Positions 57,362 through 64,000 of a stretch of DNA of 64,000 bases are shown one piece after another (positions within the stretch are counted from its first letter, which is position 1; each line of letters opens with the position of its first letter). Both the position numbers and the translations under genes were made by a program. A model generated the notes under the pieces. It had not been told where the DNA came from. It saw only the letters and a list, made by a program, of their open reading frames with translations, and did no database searches. The DNA comes from a bacterium (GTDB taxonomy: Bacteria; Patescibacteriota; Doudnabacteria; UBA920; VMFF01): positions 57,459 through 121,458 of the forward strand of contig JAJZOG010000007.1 in the NCBI GenBank assembly GCA_021811585.1. Reading direction: 5' to 3'.

Positions 57362-58192
57362 ATGGACGACCTTGAAATTGAGAAACAAAAAGCTGAACTT
57401 CAGGTGCAAGAGGCGGAATATAAAGCCTTTTCATTTTTCAAAGGATTTAACCGCGCTCTTTTATATTGGACATTAATTCTCCTTATTTTATCAATACCCA
57501 TTTATTTTACGTTTAAATTTTCGGTGGCCGCGCTTTATATGCGAAATTTTCGAAAGCGCGAAATCACCGCCCACCCTGCGAGCGTGGAGGCCTCAAACCT
57601 ACCCATCAACATCGTCAAATCGAAAATCCTCCCAATTTCCGGCGACCGGTACTCGGCTTATGCCATTCTGGACAATCCATATTCGCAATTGTCGGCGGAC
57701 AAAATTAATTATAGTTTCTATTTTATCGGCAGTTCCGGCCAAGATATCGACACTGAAAGCGGCCAAACTTTTTTATTGGCAGGCCAAAGGAACAAGCTGA
57801 TAATTATTCCGGATGTGGCTCTTCGCACGCCGCCCTCGTCTCTTAGAGTTGAAATTTCCAAGCCGGATTGGAAATATAAATTAAACCTTCCGGACGTAAT
57901 TTTAGACGCCGCCGCGCCAACTTATGGCGACCAGCAAAATCCGAACGGTTTTTCGGTTTCCGGGACCGTGAAAAACGCAACCGCCTATAATCTTGGCTCG
58001 GTTGTCGTTAAAGCTGCCGTATATGATGCCTCCGGCAAGATCATCGCTGTGACGCAAAGCATTCTTGGAAAAATGTCGGCGCACCAAACCCAAACCTACA
58101 CGCTTTATTGGCCAATTTTTTTGCAGGCAAAAGTCCAACGAGTTCAAATTATTCCGGAGACGGATATCTTGGATCCTCAGAATGTCCGGTGA
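57362..58192 (+). CDS. Hypothetical membrane-anchored protein
   Basis: TM 'LLYWTLILLILSIPIYFTF'; TATAAT 7 nt upstream of the ATG. Confidence 0.5.
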   Translation: MDDLEIEKQKAELQVQEAEYKAFSFFKGFNRALLYWTLILLILSIPIYFTFKFSVAALYMRNFRKREITAHPASVEASNLPINIVKSKILPISGDRYSAYAILDNPYSQLSADKINYSFYFIGSSGQDIDTESGQTFLLAGQRNKLIIIPDVALRTPPSSLRVEISKPDWKYKLNLPDVILDAAAPTYGDQQNPNGFSVSGTVKNATAYNLGSVVVKAAVYDASGKIIAVTQSILGKMSAHQTQTYTLYWPIFLQAKVQRVQIIPETDILDPQNVR

Positions 58193-58229
58193 TTTTCGAA
58201 GCCCCATTTCTGAAATATTAATTTTTGAA

Positions 58230-58400
58230 ACCCCTGTTTGCGAAGTGTGCCAACTCCTCCGTGTTTGTGAAGTGTTTGAAAACCCCTGTTTATGAAGTGT
58301 GCCAACCCTTGTTTGTGAAGTGTTAAAAATCCCTGTTTGCCAGACGTCCGAAAGCTTGCGAAGCGCGAGAAACGTTCGTTTGCCAAACGTGCAAAACCCT
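58230..58400. repeat. Tandem array of about six ~25-nt units with core CTGTTTG(Y)GAAGTGT, ending at the SEDS gene start
   Basis: 'cctgtttgcgaagtgtgccaac', 'gtgtttgtgaagtgtttgaaaac', 'cctgtttatgaagtgtgccaaccc', 'ttgtttgtgaagtgttaaaaat', 'ccctgtttgccagacgtcc' and 'cgtttgccaaacgtgc'. Confidence 0.55.
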
Positions 58401-58405
58401 CAAAA

Positions 58406-59503
58406 ATGAAACATCTGTTTTTCAGGTTCAAATATCTGGATAAAATGCTGGCAGCCGTCTGCTTGCTTTTATTATTGGTTGGCTTAACTTTAATTTACAG
58501 CACAGGCCTGAACGGCGACAGATCCAGCTTTATCAAACAATCAGCATACGCGCTCATTGGCGTTTTGCTTTTTTTCTTTTTCTCTTTTTTTGATTTTTCC
58601 CAGCTTTCGAAAATCAGCAGGTATTTGTATTTGCTTTTGCTGGCTGCTCTTGTTTTGGTACTTTTTGCCGGCCACGCTGTGCAGGGCAGCAGCCGGTGGT
58701 TTAATTTGGGAATTATCAGTTTTCAGCCAGCGGAATTTGCAGACATCATAGTAATTTTTATTTTGGCGAGATTTTTTGCCTTGCGCCGCGGCGAAATCAA
58801 CATTTGGAAAAATATTTTGCTTTCTTTCGTTTACGCGCTCATCCCCATTCTTTTAATTGCCAAGGAACCTGATCTTGGTTCGGCGTTAATTATTTTTATA
58901 ATTTGGCTGGGCATGCTGTTTTTGAGCAATGTCAATAAAAAAATCTTCATTTACATTTTTCTGATTTTTTCGGCTTTGTCGGTTTTTTCCTGGAGATTTG
59001 TTTTAAAAGATTACCAGAAAAATCGCATCTTAACATTTGTGAATCCTCGCCTGGATCCAAAAGGCAAAGGGTATAATGTGCAGCAGGCGATTATTTCGGT
59101 GGGTTCCGGCGGCCTTGTCGGCACGGGCTTGGGCCGCGGCCTGCAAAGCCAGCTACGCTTTTTGCCCGAGCGCCAAACCGATTTCATTTTCGCATCCGCC
59201 GCGGAAGAGCTTGGACTTTTGGGATCAGCCGTGATTCTGGTTTTGTATTTTCTCCTGCTGTACAGGATTTTGATTATTTACGGCAGGAGCAGGGATGATT
59301 TGGGAAGATTTATAGTTGCCGGCGTATTTTTTATGATTCTTGGCCAATGTGTCATAAACATAGGCATGAATATAGGGCTTTTGCCTGTTACGGGAATACC
59401 ATTGCCATTCATCAGCTATGGCGGCAGTTCCTTAATAACAGTGGCAATGGGAGCGGGAGCTGTGGAAGCGGTTGCCATCCGTTCCAAAGGCATCCGTCTT
59501 TAA
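58406..59503 (+). CDS. SEDS-family peptidoglycan glycosyltransferase (FtsW/RodA)
   Basis: 10 TM helices; 'GSSRWFNLGIISFQPAEFADI' and 'GYNVQQAIISVGSGGLVGTGLGRGLQS'. Confidence 0.8.
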   Translation: MKHLFFRFKYLDKMLAAVCLLLLLVGLTLIYSTGLNGDRSSFIKQSAYALIGVLLFFFFSFFDFSQLSKISRYLYLLLLAALVLVLFAGHAVQGSSRWFNLGIISFQPAEFADIIVIFILARFFALRRGEINIWKNILLSFVYALIPILLIAKEPDLGSALIIFIIWLGMLFLSNVNKKIFIYIFLIFSALSVFSWRFVLKDYQKNRILTFVNPRLDPKGKGYNVQQAIISVGSGGLVGTGLGRGLQSQLRFLPERQTDFIFASAAEELGLLGSAVILVLYFLLLYRILIIYGRSRDDLGRFIVAGVFFMILGQCVINIGMNIGLLPVTGIPLPFISYGGSSLITVAMGAGAVEAVAIRSKGIRL

Positions 59504-59555
59504 CAATTGACTTGCAGCGCACCTCTGTTAAAATATTATTGAAAGGAGGCATTTT

Positions 59556-59909
59556 ATGAAGAAAAATGATTTTCAAAGGATTATGGAAATGTTATCGTTT
59601 GTTTTAAGATGCCCGGTTTGCAGCTATAAATACAATCTTGAAAGAACAAAAATTATAGAAACCAAAGAAGAAGGCCAGAACGAAGCGGCTATTCTTGTAC
59701 ATTCCGATTGCGCGCAGTGCAAGAGTTCGGTTGTTTTCAGCATAATAATAAGCGGTCCTGAAATTTTCTCAGTGGGCATGATTACGGATCTGACAGGAAG
59801 CGATACCGCAAAATTTTCCAATGCCCAGCCGCTCTCGGCCGATGAAGTGTTGGAAATGCACAATTTTGTGCGTGCTTTTGACGGGGATTTGGTAAAGGTT
59901 TTAAGCTGA
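59556..59909 (+). CDS. Hypothetical zinc-ribbon protein
   Basis: AAGGAGG RBS; 'CPVCSYKYN...CAQCKSS' Cys pairs. Confidence 0.45.
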   Translation: MKKNDFQRIMEMLSFVLRCPVCSYKYNLERTKIIETKEEGQNEAAILVHSDCAQCKSSVVFSIIISGPEIFSVGMITDLTGSDTAKFSNAQPLSADEVLEMHNFVRAFDGDLVKVLS

Positions 59910-60000
59910 GCGCAAACAAACGGGCAAATTTGCCCAACAGTACGGCGGGATTGCAAAAATTCCGTTGATCTGTTAAAATTGATTGGTAATTTAAATAGCC

Positions 60001-60681
60001 ATGGAAAAAATTGAATTAAAAGCAGCTGTCAGGGAACATGCTTTGCCAACCAAAATTCGAAGCCGCGGTTTTATTCCGGCGGTCATATACGGCAAAGGAA
60101 TTAAAACCGAACATTTAGAGGTTTTGTACCGGGAATTCGAAAAGGTTTTTAAAAAAGCCGGCGAATCCACTTTGGTTGATTTAAGCATTGGCGGCAAAAC
60201 TAAAAATGTAATTATTCAGGATATTCAGCGGCATTATCTTACCGGAAAATTTTTGCATGTTGATTTTTATGAAGTGAACATGGCAGAGAAGATGAAGGCA
60301 AAAGTTCCTTTGGTGTTCATCGGCATTTCGCCCGCTATTAAAGAAAACGGCGGTGTCTTGGTGGAGATTATAAAGGAAGTGGAAGTTGAGTGCTTGCCTT
60401 CTGACCTGCCGCATCAAATTGAAGTTGATATTTCTTCGCTGAAGAGCTTTGATGATATTATCCATGTCAAGGATTTGAAAATTTCAGATAAGGTAAAAAT
60501 TTCGGCAGACGGCGAAGAGGCGGTTGTCAAAGCAAATCCTCCTCGCGATGTTGAAGCGGAGCTTGCCGAGCTGGTTGTTGAAGATGTCAGTAAAGTTGAG
60601 GGCGCGGCAGAGACGCCTGCTCCTTCCGCGGAAAACGCGCCTGGCGAGGAAAAGCCGGCTGAAAAAGAAGAGAAAAAATAA
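60001..60681 (+). CDS. rplY: 50S ribosomal protein L25 (Ctc/general-stress form, with acidic C-terminal tail)
   Basis: 'RSRGFIPAVIYGKG', 'IQRHYLTGKFLHVDFYEV' and 'VPLVFIG'. Confidence 0.8.
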   Translation: MEKIELKAAVREHALPTKIRSRGFIPAVIYGKGIKTEHLEVLYREFEKVFKKAGESTLVDLSIGGKTKNVIIQDIQRHYLTGKFLHVDFYEVNMAEKMKAKVPLVFIGISPAIKENGGVLVEIIKEVEVECLPSDLPHQIEVDISSLKSFDDIIHVKDLKISDKVKISADGEEAVVKANPPRDVEAELAELVVEDVSKVEGAAETPAPSAENAPGEEKPAEKEEKK

Positions 60682-60696
60682 TTGCGAATGTTTTTG

Positions 60697-60725
60697 GCGC
60701 CCCGAATTTCGGGGCGCTATTTTAT
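60697..60725 (+). terminator. Rho-independent terminator
   Basis: 'gcgccccgaatttcggggcgc' followed by 'tattttata'. Confidence 0.6.
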
Positions 60726-60822
60726 ATCTTGTGTTCAATTTTAGTTAGGAATGTCTATTTAGGTGCGGTTTTACTTTTCCCTGAGAATAGCGTAAAATAA
60801 CAGTGAAGTCCCAGGAGGAATT

Positions 60823-60975
60823 ATGGAAAGCTCAGAATATGTAGAGGCCAAGCGCGAGATTTCGCGCTTGGAAAAAGAGGTTCCCCTCGGTGTTTGCCCG
60901 CAATTGGCGGGCGAATATGCCGAGGATTGCGAGCTCGTGCGCCAGCACGAACTCATCAGAAACCCGTATTCTTAA
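60823..60975 (+). CDS. Candidate 50-aa small protein (below the ORF-track cutoff)
   Basis: 'ccAGGAGGaattATG' strong RBS; translation 'MESSEYVEAKREISRLEKEVPLGVCPQLAGEYAEDCELVRQHELIRNPYS'; its own terminator follows. Confidence 0.35.
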   Translation: MESSEYVEAKREISRLEKEVPLGVCPQLAGEYAEDCELVRQHELIRNPYS

Positions 60976-61001
60976 TTTTAATTTTAGTTTTTTCTCCTGT
61001 C

Positions 61002-61031
61002 AGAGGGTGCCCCGCGGTACCCTCTTTTTTA
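61002..61031 (+). terminator. Rho-independent terminator
   Basis: 'agagggtgccccgcggtaccctct' followed by 'tttttt'. Confidence 0.6.
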
Positions 61032-61062
61032 TTATAGTTAAATATGAAGATTATACCCGGCC

Positions 61063-62052
61063 ATGTTATACTATTTTCAGATGAAATTTTTATTAAAAAA
61101 ATATTATATTTTTATTATTGTTGCTGTTTTGTTTTGCGCGGGTTTTGCCGCGGCAGCTGTTAAACAGCATATCAGGGCAGGTAATTTGAAAGAAAATGCA
61201 TTCTCCGCGCAAGAACAGGATAGGCAAATAGAGGAATTCCAAGCAAAATACGAGCAAAAGCTTACTGCCAAGGATGAAAGCCAAATCCAGGCGAGCAGCA
61301 TTGCGAAGGATGAAAATCCTCCTTACCGCCGAATTTATTTTAAGCCCGGAGGAATCCCGGTACTCATGTATCATTATGTTGGTTCATTGCCGCCGAATGC
61401 CGATGCCATTAGGAAAGATCTCACCGTCAGCGCGGAAAATTTTTCGGCGCAGATGGATTATCTCGCGCAATCCGGCTATCGCACAATAACCACGGCGCGC
61501 CTTTATAATTATCTCTCGGGAAAATCTAATCTGCCGCCAAAGCCGATTGTTATTACTTTGGACGACGGGCATGCGGACGCTTTTAAAAATGCGGTACCGA
61601 TTTTACTTGCCCATCATATGGTTGCGTCGTTTGCGGTTGTAAGCGGTTTCGTGGGCACGAGCGATTATGCAACTTGGCAGCAAATCAGCAGGGCTCAATC
61701 AGAGGGCATGGAAATTATTAATCATAGTTTCAACCATATGAATTTTGCGGATCCGCGCTTCACGCTGCAGTACAAGCAGGATGCGATTGCAAAGTGCGTT
61801 TCAGCTTTGCAGGGCGAGCTTGGGGATAATACCAAGACCTTTGTTTATCCTTATGGCAGCTATGGAACGGACATTGAAAATCTTTTGAAAGCCGACGGTT
61901 TTGATATGGCATTTACAACCAATTTCGGCGAAGCGTACAAAGGCGACAATCTTTTTGAACTCCCAAGAATTCGTGTGCACGGGCTGGAAACTCTTGAACG
62001 GTTCCGTGAAACGCTCGGGGACTACGGCAATTCGAAATTAGCCAGCCGATAA
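61063..62052 (+). CDS. Polysaccharide deacetylase (NodB-homology, CE4) family protein
   Basis: N-terminal TM; 'ITLDDGHADAF' (DD motif + His), 'HSFNH' and 'YPYGSYG'. Confidence 0.75.
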   Translation: MLYYFQMKFLLKKYYIFIIVAVLFCAGFAAAAVKQHIRAGNLKENAFSAQEQDRQIEEFQAKYEQKLTAKDESQIQASSIAKDENPPYRRIYFKPGGIPVLMYHYVGSLPPNADAIRKDLTVSAENFSAQMDYLAQSGYRTITTARLYNYLSGKSNLPPKPIVITLDDGHADAFKNAVPILLAHHMVASFAVVSGFVGTSDYATWQQISRAQSEGMEIINHSFNHMNFADPRFTLQYKQDAIAKCVSALQGELGDNTKTFVYPYGSYGTDIENLLKADGFDMAFTTNFGEAYKGDNLFELPRIRVHGLETLERFRETLGDYGNSKLASR

Positions 62053-62891
62053 AATCCGGCAAGGTCTTTTTTGAGTTTGATTTTCGCCCGCGGAAAATTT
62101 TCGCGGATTGTTTTTTTTGCCATCCGCGCCTGGTTGTAGTTAATTTCCAGAAAAACGGACGCAAGAGCCGCGGATTGTAATTTATTTTCTTTTGCAATTT
62201 GGCCGATGAATCGCGCAATGGTTTCAAATCCTTTTTGTTTTCCGCCGAGCAGCGCGGATTTCGGTTCTTTTTTTATGCTCGGTGCCACAAGCTCCTTTTT
62301 CGAAAGATAGGGCAGGTTTGCGGTTATAATTATAAAAGTTTTTTCCGGCTGAAAGCTGCTCCTGCGGAGTTCCGAAAATATCGGCATGGCCAGGTTGCCT
62401 TTAAGGAATTTGATTTTTTTGCGGCGGAGAATTGCGCGAGCATTCGTTTTGGCGACTTTCAGCGCTTCGCCGGAAATATCCGTGCCCATAAGGTAAATGT
62501 TCCGCGCGTCTCCGCGGATTTTTTCCAGCTCTTTTGCTATGGAAATGACGATTGCGCCTGATCCTGTCCCGACATCGGCAATAATGATTTTGTTATTTTT
62601 GTCTTTTGGAATTTTGCGAATTTGTTCCCAGACATCCTCGACAAGAAGTTCTGTTTCAGGGCGGGGGATAAGCACGTTCGGATTGACGCTGAATTTATTT
62701 CCGAAAAACCATTTGAAGCCCAGGACATAGGCCAGCGGGAATCCCTTGGCAAGCATGTTTTTTCCGCGCGCGAACATTTTTTGCCGGCCCGGGCTTAAAT
62801 TGATTTTATGGGTGATAAAAAATTCCCTCGGTTTTTTTATAATTTCCGAGAGCAGCATCTCTTCTTCTTCGCTGTAAAAAATCGGTTTCAT
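62022..62891 (-). CDS. prmC: Release-factor glutamine N5-methyltransferase
   Basis: SAM motif 'IADVGTGSGAIVISIA'; 'IITANLPYL' (NPPY-type); immediately downstream of prfA. Confidence 0.8.
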   Translation of the reverse strand: MKPIFYSEEEEMLLSEIIKKPREFFITHKINLSPGRQKMFARGKNMLAKGFPLAYVLGFKWFFGNKFSVNPNVLIPRPETELLVEDVWEQIRKIPKDKNNKIIIADVGTGSGAIVISIAKELEKIRGDARNIYLMGTDISGEALKVAKTNARAILRRKKIKFLKGNLAMPIFSELRRSSFQPEKTFIIITANLPYLSKKELVAPSIKKEPKSALLGGKQKGFETIARFIGQIAKENKLQSAALASVFLEINYNQARMAKKTIRENFPRAKIKLKKDLAGFYRLANFELP

Positions 62892-62928
62892 CCTGGTGAA
62901 AATTTTTTATTCCGGACCCGCCGCCAAA

Positions 62929-63981
62929 TTATTCCTCTATGTTTTCTTTTTTAATTTTAAGTTCAGCTTCTGAGAGCGCGTTTACAATCGGATCCAAATC
63001 GCCGTCCAAAACTTGCGAAATCTGGTGAAAGTTACGGTTGATTCTGTGGTCTGTAATTCTGTCCTGTGGAAAATTGTAAGTGCGGATTTTTTCCGAGCGG
63101 TCGCCGGTGCCCACCTGCATTTTGCGCTTTTCTTTGTACTCCTTCTCCGCTTTTTCCTGAAAATACGCGGCAACGCGCGCACGCAGGACTGCCAGCGCTT
63201 TTTCGCGGTTTTGCGCCTGCGAGCGTTCGTCCTGCGATTGCGCCGCAATTCCGGTGGGCAAGTGCACGGCCTTGATTGCGGAATAGGTGGTGTTCACGCT
63301 TTGGCCGCCGTGCCCCGAAGAAGTATTCGCGGTAATTTCAATATCTTTTGCGGGAATATCCATATCCCGCGCTTCGTATTCGGGCAGAATTGCCACGGTA
63401 ACAGTGGACGTGTGCACGCGCCCGGCTTTTTCCGTCTCCGGCACGCGCTGCACGCGGTGCACGCCGGATTCGTATTTCAGTTTGCTGTAGACCCGTTTGC
63501 CGATAACTTCAAAAATCACTTCTTTATATCCTCCCAAATCGCTTTTGCTGGCCGAGATGATATGCGTTTTCCATTTTTGCGATTCCGCGTATTTCGAGTA
63601 CATGCGGAAAAGTTCAGCGGCAAAAAGCGCGGATTCATCTCCGCCGGCCCCGGCCCGCACTTCAATAATGATATTTTTTTCATCCAGCGGATCTGCTGGT
63701 ATGAGTTCGGAATCGATTTCGTTTTCAAGGTCGCCCATGCGGCGCGAAATAATCTTAATTTCTTCCCTTGCGATTTCCGCAAGTTCATCTTTGCCCTCAG
63801 CGAGAGTTTTATTTTCACCAAGCTCTTTTTCGAGTTTTTCGTACTCTTGAATTTTTCCGGCCACGTCCAAAATCGCGGCTTGCCGTTTTCCGAGTTCGGC
63901 GAGTTCGCTTGGCGGCGCGCTTGCGAGCTTTTCCGCTATGCCGCGGTATTCAGCCAAAATTTTTAAATATGATGTTTTCAT
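62929..63981 (-). CDS. prfA: Peptide chain release factor 1
   Basis: 'SGHGGQSVNTTYSAIKAVHLPTG' GGQ motif; 'RVPETEKAGRVHTS' (PxT-type tripeptide region); 'RTYNFPQDRITDHR'. Confidence 0.85.
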   Translation of the reverse strand: MKTSYLKILAEYRGIAEKLASAPPSELAELGKRQAAILDVAGKIQEYEKLEKELGENKTLAEGKDELAEIAREEIKIISRRMGDLENEIDSELIPADPLDEKNIIIEVRAGAGGDESALFAAELFRMYSKYAESQKWKTHIISASKSDLGGYKEVIFEVIGKRVYSKLKYESGVHRVQRVPETEKAGRVHTSTVTVAILPEYEARDMDIPAKDIEITANTSSGHGGQSVNTTYSAIKAVHLPTGIAAQSQDERSQAQNREKALAVLRARVAAYFQEKAEKEYKEKRKMQVGTGDRSEKIRTYNFPQDRITDHRINRNFHQISQVLDGDLDPIVNALSEAELKIKKENIEE

Positions 63982-64000
63982 TAATATGGTGTTTTCATGC

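Overview
This 64-kb window looks like a bacterial chromosomal segment from a small-genome, probably CPR/Patescibacteria-like, organism. The lineage call is an inference from what the sequence shows: short genes, several probable leaderless starts (TATAAT seven nt before the start codon), Gly/Ser/Ala low-complexity inserts inside housekeeping proteins, and many secreted or membrane-anchored hypothetical proteins.

Four blocks stand out:
- **Housekeeping genes recognised by motif:** pcrA, ksgA/rsmA, radA, recG, clpC, recX, htpX, lemA, gatCAB, miaA, thrS, dnaE, a SEDS-family gene, rplY, prmC and prfA.
- **A type IV secretion (T4SS)-like locus (about 6.4-19.7 kb):** a VirB4 ATPase with the DPENEY motif (its N-terminal domain is a separate ORF), a 940-aa VirB6/TrbL-like polytopic membrane protein, a TcpE/VirB3-like small membrane protein, and several secreted or anchored proteins. 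No coupling protein or relaxase is visible. This is the best candidate for the 'system' in the window.
- **An accessory stretch (31-38.6 kb) ending at a tRNA-Ser:** it contains two conserved genes (a Nudix hydrolase and an alpha/beta hydrolase) each interrupted by one in-frame TAA, and three copies of a 25-45-bp repeat that includes the last 6 nt of the tRNA. These look like att-site remnants of integrated islands that have lost their integrase.
- **RNA genes and non-coding signals:** three tRNAs (Arg-GCG, Ser-UGA, Ser-GCU); long imperfect inverted repeats after ksgA and between dnaE and its divergent neighbour; a tandem ~25-nt repeat array upstream of the SEDS gene; several rho-independent terminators; and a candidate T-box leader upstream of thrS.

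No rRNA, CRISPR array, transposase or integrase was found.
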